A stretch of DNA of 48,971 bases, filler included, from Ionaspis alba (Eukaryota): NCBI GenBank assembly GCA_964255285.1. It is 2 parts of 2 records of this genome, joined end to end, with 100 filler letters (N's around TTAATTAATTAA, not from the genome) between each part and the next. Parts side by side here need not be neighbours in the genome. Positions count along the whole stretch, not along the records: positions 1 to 24,565 come from CAXUUL010000172.1; 1 more part is not named here. One strand, written 5' to 3'. Under the pieces are notes generated by a model. That model was not told the DNA's origin. It made no database searches and was given only the letters and a program-made list of their open reading frames with translations. A program made the position numbers and the translations under genes. This document shows positions 1-11,204 of the stretch, in pieces. Each line of letters begins with the position of its first letter. The first letter of the stretch is position 1.

Positions 1-982
1 ACACGATAATCCTCCGGCGAGGAGACCTTGTTCTGCCCAAGCGTCGTTTGCTTCTCGTCGTATTATTTCTTTTACGCAGGGCACTTCCTGCTCCCCCCCC
101 TCTTAACCCCTACTACCGAGTACCCGACAAAAGCAGTCTTAGCTCCTGTGGCAGCCTAGACGCAATGCCCTGCACCAAGGCATCAAAAATCCGGAAACAT
201 GTAACCAGCCAAACAAACTCTCTCATTTGCCCTTTCAACCCAGCTCATCATTATCACCTTGGTCTGCTCCACCACCACACACAAGCCCCCCGGCTCAGAT
301 TGGTTGGGGCAATTTGCCTTGGGTCCCCCTATCTCTGTACGCAGTAGTAGGGTTATTACGAGGTCCCACCATGATGACAGTTGCTCTCCATTGCCCATCG
401 ATCCAGCCCCAATCCGTGCTGGTCTTGCATATGCTTCTCGAGCTATTCTTCATCCCCTTGTACCTAGTCTCAGTCCTGTTCTCCCGGTGCAGGTGGCGAG
501 CTGTATGGGCTGGTCTGATTTCCCACATGGAGCCCTGGTCCAAAGATAGCAATGGCATCACCCCTGGGAGAGCCTGGTTCACTTTTGGGGCTATCCCCAA
601 CATCACAAATTTGTTCCGCCAGCAACATACTATCAGAAACATCCCAAGTTCCACTCGCCCTTCCAGATCATCTTCCCTGTTGGGCAAAAGCCACTCGTTC
701 CTTCGTTTCGTGGTCTAAGCGTTTATTCCATTCCTGGCCTATCCTAGAAGAACCGCTTTTGCCCTGATTCCGGCTATCACATCAACCGATGCTATTTTTC
801 TCCCTTGGGCTCCCGATACGCCTCAATATCCCTTCTTTGCCTCTTCCAATTATTCTTTTTCTATTTTGACCATTCCAGCACTCGTTTCTTCCTCCCTTTC
901 TTATCACACGTACCCGGTGGAGATTGTCTCGAAGTCTCGCCTCTCGCTCAATAGGACTGGGGTAACTTATAGTCTGGTCATT

Positions 983-1067
983 GTATGTACCTCTTTGTCC
1001 CAGTTTTGGTCATCTTTCCTCTTCACAGACTTTTCTTTTTTTGATGTGACACTGACTGTTTGCACAG
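983..1067 (+). other. Probable 5'UTR intron of the GT2 gene
   Basis: GTATGT donor at 983, pyrimidine tract, ACTGAC branch site at 1051, CAG acceptor at 1065-1067, upstream of ATG 1260. Confidence 0.55.
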
Positions 1068-1259
1068 TTCGAAGACAAGTCGTTCGTTTGTTGTCTTTGA
1101 CCAGCAGATCAATACCTTCGTTTCCACATACCAACAGGACATTCGTTCATTCCTGTTCACCATCAGCATATACCTTTTGACATTGGCCTTTTCGTTCACT
1201 GGTCGCCAAAACTTTCGGGCTTGATACCATCTTCAATCGACCATAGGGAGTCGATCACG

Positions 1260-4200
1260 ATGGGTGGTATCAAGAACTATTTCAAGGCTGGCAATAAGCC
1301 GGCCGCCCAACAACAGCAGCCTACCGCAACAGCCTCAACCTCGCCGACCTTGATGGAGAAGTCACCACCACGATTCACAGAGAACATGGAAATGAGCAAT
1401 ACCCCCAACCACGGCTCTTCGAGAGCATCAATAGCACCGTCGATGCGTTCCACACGGAGTTCACAGTTCGTGGATGAGATCAAACATGAAGTCATGTGCA
1501 ACTACCTATACCAGCAACAATGCTCCCATCTGTGGGTCAGCGATGGTAGTGGGGATTTGGAGGGAGTCCTACTTCGTAAAAGCAGAAACAACTACATGGC
1601 TTGTCCACCTCAACTCGCCAACTCGAACATCGCTCGTGCTGTCGAACTGTTGAATTGCCAGGTTTGTGGATTGCCCATACGCTTAGATGCTTTCATCGCT
1701 GACTCGGATTTAGGTTGCGATGACCGTCAACTCAAGAGTTATCAAGACCTTCCTCAATTGGTCACCAGATGCCGTCGACGTCCCATTGATGAATGGTCTC
1801 CGGATTCAGATCCTTCCTACGATCGAAGATCTCCCTCGTGCCAGGAAACATCAGTTCGCTGCTTTCATCGCTTCTGACGCACTTCTCGTTGTTTGGGACG
1901 ATGAGGCACTTCATATCATGGAGCGAGCAACTCAGATCGAGTCCGAGCTGATGGAATTGGTCTGGAGAACCGGCGAGCCCACAGAAGCAGAGGAGGGTCA
2001 AGCGAAGAAGGGTCCCAATGTCACTGAGATCGAGGTCGATTCCGAGTCTGGAGAGATTATTCCGGAGAAACGAGCGACGCATCTTCTCAACACCATCCTC
2101 GTTGGTTTGACTCTTATCATCATCGTCGTCATGTTGGGTGCCGGTTTTAGAGAAGTTGCTATCGAAATTGCAGTGGACAAGAACATGATGCGTCTTGCTT
2201 TCCTTGCTCTTACTCCTGTTCAGATATTCTTCACACTGGTGAGTCCTGATTGTTGATCCGATAACGACTCTTGCTGACGCGTGGCTAGTTTTTCGCTCAA
2301 GTCATCGTCGGTTGTCTCGCTCAGTGTATCGGACCAGTTCGGCAGATGCACATGAACTCCAAGTACTATTCGGCCGTCAAGTCACCCAGGTTGACCGACA
2401 GAATTCTCCCCCATGTTACCATCCAATGTCCTGTTTACAAGGAAGGTCTTCACTCTGTCATTGCTCCCACGGTCAAGTCGATCAAGCAAGCCATTTCCAC
2501 GTACGAGCTCCAGGGTGGTTCAGCCAATATGTTCGTGAATGACGACGGTCTTCAGCTTATTGACGAAGACGAGCGACAGGCGCGCATCGAATTCTATGCG
2601 GACAATTCCATTGGATGGACTGCTCGACCAAAACATAACTCCAAGCAGTTCCGTCCTAGCGGCGAAGAGTTTACATTTATCCGAAAGGGTAAATTCAAGA
2701 AGGTATGCGATCTGATTTTTACTTATTCTAAATCTATGAGGCTCTGCTATAGCACATTTCCGAGGCTGGTTGTGCATTATACTTGATTTGGGTTGTCTTA
2801 CGTCCGTGGCGCGACCGAAAGCAGCTGAAGAACGCCGCTGTATGACCGACTTGCGAATTAGCGTTGTTCATCACCAACCCAATCTGTGTTTGATCCAATC
2901 GCATTATTCTGATCTCATGAAGCGAACAAGGCTGACAGGACCGTAATCACTTAGGCGTCAAATATGAACTTCGGACTTATGATCTCCTGCAAGGTCGAGG
3001 AGAAGCTACTCACGATCCAACGCCCCAATGACTGGACTCAGGTCGACGAAGCCCACGCTTATGAGCGAGCTCTCAAGGAGGTCATTGACGAGAGCGGTAT
3101 TGCATGGGCTGATGGTAATATTCGAGTTGGCGACTACATCATCCTTATCGACTCCGATACCCGTGTCCCGTCTGACTGTATTCTTGACGCCGCTTCCGAG
3201 ATGGAGCTTTCTCCCGATGTGGGAATCATGCAATTCTCCTCTGGTGTCATGCAAGTCGTCCATACCTATTTCGAGAACGGTATCACTTTTTTCACCAACC
3301 TTATTTACACTGCTATTCGGTATACTGTCTCCAACGGTGACGTCGCACCTTTCGTCGGCCACAACGCTATTCTTCGCTGGGCTGCTATCCAGCAAGTCTC
3401 TTATCAGGACGAAGATGGATACGACAAGTTCTGGTCTGAATCGCACGTCTCTGAAGACTTCGACATGTCGCTCCGTCTGCAATGCAATGGCTACATCATC
3501 CGTTTGGCAGCATGGGCCGGCGAGGGTTTCAAGGAAGGTGTGTCGCTGACTGTCTACGATGAGCTTGCTCGATGGGAGAAATACGCCTATGGTTGCAATG
3601 AACTATTGTTCCATCCCCTCCGCCAGTGGATATACCGTGGTCCCTTCACCCATCTGTTCCGTGAATTCTTGTTCTCCAACATCCGTTTCACTTCCAAGAT
3701 CACCATCATCTCGTATATCGGCACCTACTACGCAATCGGAGCCGCCTGGATCATGACAACTGCCAATTACTTCGCTGTGGGTTGGTTCAACGGTTACCTC
3801 GACAAGTACTACATCGATTCATGGAAAGTTTGGTTCTCAATCGTCATCGTCTTCAACGGTCTTGGTAATATCGCTCTGGCTGTCATGAGATATCGTATCG
3901 GCGAGCGGAGTTTTGGCTATGCTCGTAAGTTCACCCGCCAGCTTTCGCTCTATCTTACCATACATACTAATTATTCTCATAGTCTTTGAGAACTTCAAGT
4001 GGATTCTCATGCTCGGAATCTTCCTCGGTGGCCTTTCCCTCCACGTCTCGCAGGCCCTACTCGCCCACATGTTCGAAATCGACATGACGTGGGGTGCCAC
4101 CTCCAAGGAGGCCGAGTTCTCCAACTTCTTCATTGAGGTCCCCAAGGTGCTCAAGAAGTTCAAGTTCAGCATGCTCTTCGCCGTCCTCGGCATTGCCGGT

Positions 4201-4350
4201 ATGATCTTCCTCGCCACTGCGTCCAAGATCGTTCCTCCCGATTGGATGATCAAGGATTTCGTCGCGATATTGCCCATGGCCACCGTCACGGGAAGTCATT
4301 TGTTACTACCGTTGGTTCTCAACCCGGCTCTCATGACCTTCTCGTGGTGA
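1260..4350 (+). CDS. Membrane GT2-family processive glycosyltransferase (Glyco_trans_2_3 type), ~892 aa
   Basis: Exons 1260-1661, 1714-2238, 2289-2702, 2955-3924, 3983-4350; all introns GT-AG and frame is preserved. Motifs QCPVYKE, VNDDG, FKKASNMN, IDSD (DxD), SEDF, ELARW; multiple hydrophobic TM segments. Confidence 0.9.
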
Positions 4351-5263
4351 TCGCCTTGCCATCGTCGCCGTTGCTCTTTCCTTTCACTTATTTCGATTTT
4401 CAGCGCCTTTAACCTTCTTCACACTCCTTATGCGAGAGGTGCCCATCACCCTTTTTTATCTCGCCGGCAGCATCGCTTGCTCAGCATCATCTTCTCCTTG
4501 GAATCGGTGTCCTTCCTTTTCGGGGTCTCTCGGAAATAAACAAAGTTCGGCGTTTACTATCAGGCTGGGGAATACATAATATAGACTGGCTCCAGAGGCA
4601 AACATGCGCTTCTGTGAACGATATGATTCACTGGGATGGTCTTCTTTTTTCTCCCTTTTTAGGGATGGGGGAGGGGGGTGGCGAAGGATAGACTGCGGTC
4701 ATTATTTATTTAATTCTTGGGGGGTTCGAGGATGGTCTATTACATTCGTTTGAACAAGCCAGAAGATGCAACCAGTGTGGGAAAGGTTGTCACTGAGCGG
4801 TCCAAATCTCTTTGTCAGAAGGGGAGGCGGGAATGTCTATAAATATTGGAGATGAGAATAGGAAATCTCGTACATATCACTACCTTTACCTACCTACCTT
4901 CATTTGCCCGCATGAACTACAAGTCGTAACTCATAACGATGACTCATACTCTTCTCGGGTTTACCGTGGTCTATCCCAAACTACTGCAAACCTATCCCAC
5001 CTGTGATGCTTCTGCTGCTTCTCTTGGCCGTAGAGCCGATCCGGAGCAAGCAGAAAAGTACCATTTCCAGACCTAGACACTAGTAAGAACAGTCGTATAG
5101 GACATACACGGTTGGATCCTGTGTCTTCGCGGCTTCTTTGTGCCGCATATGGCAGAAGAAGTCTTTAAGATACTATCATGGCAATCAACGATCGGATTTA
5201 GCTTGGAGAATTCTTGATAAACTAGGGTTAGCTAGATATTGAGTCTGATATGTAAGGCATCGA

Positions 5264-5473
5264 AGAGGGCCGTCGGCTGCCATCCCAGACATCTCCGAGT
5301 TCCAAAGGTCTTTAGACANNNNNNNNNNNNNNNNNNNNNNNNNNNNNNNNNNNNNNNNNNNNNNNNNNNNNNNNNNNNNNNNNNNNNNNNNNNNNNNNNN
5401 NNNNNNNNNNNNNNNNNNAGAGGGCCGTCGGCTGCCATCCCAGACATCTCCGAGTTCCAAAGGTCTTTAGACA
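5264..5473. other. Assembly gap (100 N) flanked by an exact 55-nt duplication
   Basis: 5264-5318 is identical to 5419-5473; N run 5319-5418. Confidence 0.95.
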
Positions 5474-6452
5474 ATCTCCCGTGCTCGTCAATCCTGTACT
5501 TGCTTTCAACCTTTCAGCCCACGCCAAATCCCAATCAAGAAAGATCGAAGTGTCTCGCTGCACTCGCCCAACTCCTATCCTTGAAGATGCCTGCTCTTTA
5601 GGGTGAAAATACCCAGTGAGCCCAACAACCCCCCTTTCGGTATTGGCGATTCCCGCTTGAACCAGTGTCTTGCAAATCAGAAGATAATCCCTGTGGTGTG
5701 GCGATACAGCTCTGTTGATGAGTAGAAGTATCAAGCCATCGACTGTCCTTCCAATAGGTCGAGTATCGCGTCGTGATCGTGTCAAATGTATCAACATGCA
5801 AGGCAGTGTATCTAGTAATTATGTACAAACGAAAGGCTTCCTAGACATAATATGGTGAAACATGCATTTTAGGTAATACAGCTACTGACATCTAGCAACG
5901 CATGACCAAGAAGACAGGCGTAAGAACCGGTAGACAATGATACATTAGACATAACCAAAGGTAATATCATCTGCCACATACTTAACGAATCCTAGTATCC
6001 ACGATTCTGGAAGATCGTACATGTTGGAAAAACAGCGATTGATACAGAACGGCATGATTTGAAGGTTATGAAGGGGAAGCTGTTTACTGTACAGCGGAGA
6101 AATGCAACAGGGCGATATGATCCGTACATAGAAACGAAGGAGGAAACATGTGGAAGGATATTGCTGGAAAGAACGGCGCTAGGAAATAAACGTGCGGCTA
6201 AGCCAGATCAAGATACGGCGCTAATTAGTAGAAGGGACGTGAACTCGTAAGCTTCCATCTTCTCCGTCTTCGATACGGTATCGAAACCACCTCAGCGCTC
6301 CACCACTTGCGCACATTTCATCCGCAACCTTAAGGTTACCTTCTTACTATCATTATTCTTGCTAGGCGAATCCTAGTAACTACGCTGTGTTTATGAATCC
6401 CGTTTCCGTATTTCGGTTCAAGAATATCATACCAGGTCCCAAGTCGCCAAAC

Positions 6453-7397
6453 ATGGGCCGTCTCGGTGATTCGTAACCCCTCCTATGTCCTATATTTGTT
6501 ACTGACACCCTCTGCTGACAACAACAGTGATGTTCATGCCGCCTTTGTCGAATTTAGAGCCAAAGACAGTGACAAGGTATGTCGTGCATATTTGTAAAAG
6601 TTGTTTGAAATTGTATTACTGACTCAGTCAGTGCCTCTCGGCGCAATGCATCTACTGCCATTCGGTCCGCGCGAAAAATACCAGTCGTCAGAGGACCCAT
6701 CTTTTGGAATGTCCCAACTACTTGAATGCGATGAAGGAACAAAATCCTCAGAATCCTATCCTCGAGCTCGCTGCCAACGGCACACCCACACCTTCTATGA
6801 AAACTCCGAAAAAGAGAGACCTTGACACAATGGTCAATGGTTTTCAAGGCGAATCGACTGGCTCTCGGGGGTTCCAAATACCGAAGCCTGCTCTGGAGCG
6901 AGATTTTCAGCTATGTGTTCAGCTAAACCCTAAGATCTCGGTCGGACCAAGTATCTGGGGTGAAAGGAACTGGGTTGGCTTCATTTCAGGACACTGGAAC
7001 GGTCGTTGGGGGAAAGGAACATTGGTGGTAGGTCTGAGAATTTCTACATTGTTATATCTCTAACACCTTTTAGCCTGGCGGACAAGACAAGCAGCTCGTT
7101 GCGCAAGACCTCTCCACCCACGTCGAAGCAAATTATCTCCTCCAAACTCACGACCACCCACCGGCTTTCATCTCAGTGCGCATGGAAGGCTGGCGTGTTG
7201 GACCCCGAGAGGTCCTGGAGAAACTTGGTGATCCCGCACAAGCTGACGACATTGACCCCAAGTCCTACTCGTTCCGACTGTACCTTCACATGGAAACTGG
7301 AGACTCAAGGTACCTTCATCTCAACACCGGAATGTGGGTTGGTAGTGGAATCCGTCGCGGAACGGAGGTTATCTACGACTTCTACCGTGTTCTGTAA
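6453..7397 (+). CDS. BED-type zinc finger fused to DUF3237 (UPF0311-like beta-barrel) domain, ~262 aa
   Basis: Exons 6453-6472, 6528-6576, 6632-7027, 7074-7397. The spliced N-terminus is MGRLGDSDVHAAFVEFRAKDSDKCLSAQCIYCHSVRAKNTSRQRTHLLECP (Cx2C-x13-H-x3-C). The C-terminal part has RNWVGFISGHW, PGGQD, YSFRLYLHMETGDSRYLHLN and VIYDFYRV, typical of DUF3237. Confidence 0.8.
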
Positions 7398-8282
7398 TTT
7401 GCGAGGTGTTGATTAATAAATACTGGGCTTTGCTCTGAGGGGTATGCTTTCCCATTCCTGGGCTAGCGGGACTGTGTGTCTGGCGTTGGGCTTCCACTCT
7501 GGGATGAGTACAATAGGTGAAAGCCTGCTCTCGGTCTGTGAACATTTATTGTGCCATTTTGTTCGCCAAGGCGGTAGGGTTTGAACTGTAAAACTGAAGG
7601 TGGAAATGCTGAACATGTCTCTATGCCATCGATATTTAACAAATCGAATACACATCTGGCTCCGTGCTATACTGCTAGTGCTGATGGTTAGTTCTCGCTT
7701 GATCTTCTACTACCGCCGACTGAGCCTTTCACCAGAGCATAAAGGTTGATAATGAGGAGCGGAGGTGGGGCCTAGTTGATGGTCTAGTCCTAGATATAAG
7801 GGATCCGAGGATGAGGCTCCTTATCTTCACTACAGCAGTAGGTGCCAGCTGCCACGAGTAACTCGGAGAGTCCACCTGTGGAACAATTTGGGGTGGATGA
7901 GAAATGCGAGCCATACTCAGATTACAGCAAACTTCTCGCCTTGCCCTTGCAACAAGTTATACTGCCTGAAATGGTGTTATCTTAGGCATCTGTGGTTCCG
8001 CCGAGCAAACTATAATGTAAAGGTCTATGGGCAAATATGGAGTTGTTGACTTGGTACGACACGGAACACTACGAGGACGTACGGTAACACTTCTCTGATT
8101 GGTAGGAAACGCGCGTTGTAGGGTTCAGCCTTGCGTGTAATATTTCCCTAGTTTGCATCCGAGAAGCAAAACAATAAATATGTTGGCTCCCGCCTCGAAG
8201 TATCCGTCCACCACAGCTCAATTGCTTTCTACAATGAACGTAAAACTACTCAGCTTTGACATGGAAACATCATAACGCAAAC

Positions 8283-11204
8283 ATGACACGCGAAGGAGAG
8301 CCCAGTCCTACTCGGGAAGGACTTCTGGGCCCAAATCGATCGCCAGAACGTACTTCGCTGGACGAAGCATACAGATCTTCCTCCGAAGATGGTGGCTTCT
8401 ACGAAATGGGATTTGAAGAGAATACATTTCCAGATCAACCGCGACGCCGAAAAGTCAGCCAGAAACATACGCAGGAGAAAGAAGAGCACAGTCCAATGAA
8501 GAAACAACCACGAAGAGGACGAATTGGAAGACTTTGTCGACCGACATGGAAATGTCTGATCATTACATTCACACTTGTTGGAGGCCTGGTTGGAGTCATA
8601 GTCGGTTTAAGCTTCTGGGTTTATAAGTCTGCACCAAAAGATGGACTCTCACCTCCATGGTACCCTACTCCCTCAGGTGGTACCGTGAAGTCGTGGGAGG
8701 AAAGCTACAGAGAAGCGGCTGTGATGGTGAACAAGATGAGCTTGGTGGAGATGGTGAACGTGACGACAGGAACTGGCTGGTCTCAGAATCTCTGTGTAGG
8801 GAATACAGCGCCAGCCCTTGAGGCTGGTTTTCCTGCCCTATGCCTTCAAGATGGACCACTAGGACTGCGATTTGCAGACCACATTACAGCCTTTCCCGCT
8901 GGTCTTACCGTGGGCGCTACGTGGAACAGAGATCTGATGTACAAAAGAGGAAGAGCACTTGGACTAGAGTCTAGACTCAAGGGAGTGAATGTTTTACTCG
9001 GACCAGCCATGGGACCGCTTGGGAGGATGCCAGCTGGTGGTCGGAATTGGGAAGGGTTCGGATCAGATCCTGTTCTGCAAGGTTATGCCGCTGCAGAGAC
9101 TATTAGAGGCATCCAAGGTGAAGGAGTGATTGCAACTGCCAAGCACTTTATTGGAAATGAGCAGGAGCATTATCGACAGTCGTTTGAGTGGGGCTTGCCC
9201 CACGCCATATCTTCCAATATTGACGACCGGACACTTCACGAACTCTACCTATGGCCTTTTGCAGAGAGCGTCAAAGCCGGCGTGGGTTCAATAATGTGTT
9301 CTTACAACATGGTCAATAATTCCTATGCATGTGGTAACAGCAAGCTAATGAACGGTATCCTCAAAGATGAGCTTGGTTTTCAAGGATTCGTGCAATCAGA
9401 CTGGCTGGCGCAACGGAGTGGGGTTGCAAGTGCTCTGGCGGGATTAGATATGTCTATGCCAGGAGACGGGCTATTCTGGGCCAAGGGGAATTCTCTATGG
9501 GGCCCAAAGCTTACTACCGCGGTACTAAACACTTCTGTTCCTATGGAGCGGCTCAATGATATGACGACAAGGATCGTGGCCACTTGGTATCAACTTGGAC
9601 AAGATAACAAAACTCGTTGGGATGGTGGACCAAACTTCTCATCGTGGACGAAGGAGAAGACTGGAAGGATACATCAAGGCAGTGGAGATGAAGCAACCGC
9701 AATTGTCAACCAGTTCGTTGATGTACAAGGCACAGGCAAGCAGTTTCATGGACGACTAGCGAAGACAATCGCATCTGAGGGCACAGTACTCGTCAAGAAT
9801 GAAGATGAAGTATTGCCCTTGTTGAAGAAAGGTTCTGCAAAGGCAACGAAGGACTCGAAATATAGGGTCGGCATCTTCGGCGAGGATGCTGGGCCTGGCA
9901 AAGGACCAAACGCCTGTGCTGATAGAGGATGTAATCAAGGCACCCTTGCATCTGGCTGGGGTAGTGGTGCCGTTGACTTTCCATATCTCATCACGCCGCT
10001 GAAAGCTCTTGAGGCGACCTTCGACGCCAAAACTGTCAACATCACGAGCTATTTGACAAATAGCCCACCATTGAAGGAAAGCCCTGCAATTGTGGAAGAC
10101 CAAGATCTTTGTCTAGTCTTTGTCAATTCTGACGGAGGAGAAGGCTTCCTTGCGTCTGATGGAATACGTGGAGATCGCAACGATCTCTACCTCCAAAATG
10201 GCGGTGATGACCTCGTCAAATCCGTGGCCCAAAAGTGCGGTAAAGGGAAGGGACACACTGTGGTTGTCGTCCACGCAATTGGTCCGGTGGTAGTCGAACG
10301 CTGGATCGATCTCCCAGGGGTCAAAGCTGTCCTTCTTGCAAACCTCCCCGGACAAGAAAGCGGCAACGCTCTTGTCGACGTTCTCTTCGGTGTTGTGGAT
10401 GCCAGCGGCCGCGTCCCATATACCGTTGGCAAATCTCTCGATGACTATGGCCCTGGCGGTCAGATCTTATACTACCCGAATGGCGTGGTCCCCCAGCAAG
10501 ACTTCACAGAGGGCCTCCTCATAGATTATCGCCACTTCGACGCCCACGATATCACTCCGCGATACGAATTCGGCTTTGGTCTCTCCTACACCAACTTTAC
10601 CTTCTCAAACCTCAGCCTCACAGTCGTCAAACCAAAATCCCACCTCCCCAATCCCCGCCCCGCTGGCCTCACTCCTCCGACCATGAAAACTGAGATCCCT
10701 TCACCGTCAATAGCTCTGTTTCCCGATAGTTTTAGGAAGCTAGACCGCTACATATATCCCTACATAAGCAGCACTTCCCTCATCCGCAAAGGAAAATACT
10801 CCTACCCCGCCGGCTATACTACTCCTCAGTCACCCTCTCCCGCCGGCGGTGCGGAAGGCGGGAACCCTTCGCTGTATGACATCCACCTCAACATCTCCCT
10901 CACGCTCACCAACACTGGCTCACGCAAGGGCAAGGAGGTCGTCCAGGTATATCTCTCCTTTCCCGATAACGTGATCGATAAGTCCACTGGAGAAAGAGTT
11001 TCGTTTCCGAAGAAGGTGCTCAGGCAGTTTGAGAAAGTTGAATTGGACAAGGGAGAGAGTAGGATTGTAAGATTGGGATTGACCAGGAAGGACCTCAGCT
11101 ACTGGAGTACGGGGATGCAGAATTGGGTTATGCCGGTGGAGGGAGAGTTTTTCGTTTCTGTAGGGAGTAGTTCGAGGAGGTTGCCATTAGTGGGGAAGTG
11201 GTGA
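8283..11204 (+). CDS. bglE: GH3 beta-glucosidase, type II membrane-anchored (BglE-like), ~973 aa, intronless
   Basis: Long ORF with a cytosolic N-terminus, a TM helix (CLIITFTLVGGLVGVIVGLSFWVY), SPPWYPTP, QDGPLG, GRNWEGF, KHFIGNEQE, nucleophile motif QSDW, and a C-terminal Fn3-like domain (KEVVQVY, LRQFEKV). Confidence 0.92.
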   Translation: MTREGEPSPTREGLLGPNRSPERTSLDEAYRSSSEDGGFYEMGFEENTFPDQPRRRKVSQKHTQEKEEHSPMKKQPRRGRIGRLCRPTWKCLIITFTLVGGLVGVIVGLSFWVYKSAPKDGLSPPWYPTPSGGTVKSWEESYREAAVMVNKMSLVEMVNVTTGTGWSQNLCVGNTAPALEAGFPALCLQDGPLGLRFADHITAFPAGLTVGATWNRDLMYKRGRALGLESRLKGVNVLLGPAMGPLGRMPAGGRNWEGFGSDPVLQGYAAAETIRGIQGEGVIATAKHFIGNEQEHYRQSFEWGLPHAISSNIDDRTLHELYLWPFAESVKAGVGSIMCSYNMVNNSYACGNSKLMNGILKDELGFQGFVQSDWLAQRSGVASALAGLDMSMPGDGLFWAKGNSLWGPKLTTAVLNTSVPMERLNDMTTRIVATWYQLGQDNKTRWDGGPNFSSWTKEKTGRIHQGSGDEATAIVNQFVDVQGTGKQFHGRLAKTIASEGTVLVKNEDEVLPLLKKGSAKATKDSKYRVGIFGEDAGPGKGPNACADRGCNQGTLASGWGSGAVDFPYLITPLKALEATFDAKTVNITSYLTNSPPLKESPAIVEDQDLCLVFVNSDGGEGFLASDGIRGDRNDLYLQNGGDDLVKSVAQKCGKGKGHTVVVVHAIGPVVVERWIDLPGVKAVLLANLPGQESGNALVDVLFGVVDASGRVPYTVGKSLDDYGPGGQILYYPNGVVPQQDFTEGLLIDYRHFDAHDITPRYEFGFGLSYTNFTFSNLSLTVVKPKSHLPNPRPAGLTPPTMKTEIPSPSIALFPDSFRKLDRYIYPYISSTSLIRKGKYSYPAGYTTPQSPSPAGGAEGGNPSLYDIHLNISLTLTNTGSRKGKEVVQVYLSFPDNVIDKSTGERVSFPKKVLRQFEKVELDKGESRIVRLGLTRKDLSYWSTGMQNWVMPVEGEFFVSVGSSSRRLPLVGKW

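Noticed and set aside
48..1180. Several overlapping 60-160 aa ORFs upstream of the GT2 gene
   Set aside because: No recognisable domains or coherent splice structure; pyrimidine-rich promoter and 5'UTR sequence.
2816..2860. CGAAA and CTGAAGA resembling a hammerhead ribozyme core in the GT2 intron
   Set aside because: Only 4 nt separate GAAA from CUGANGA, leaving no room for stems I/III, and no correctly placed GAAA follows a stem II.
5264..5473. 55-nt direct repeats around gaps read as LTRs, target-site duplications or CRISPR repeats
   Set aside because: Identical length at four unrelated sites, always abutting exactly 100 Ns: an assembler k-mer overlap.
5232..5828. Minus-strand ORF containing IFLDWDLA, faintly like a fungal kinase (FunK1) motif
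   Set aside because: Other kinase motifs are absent or misordered, and ORF length is inflated by the N gap; cannot support a gene or pseudogene call.
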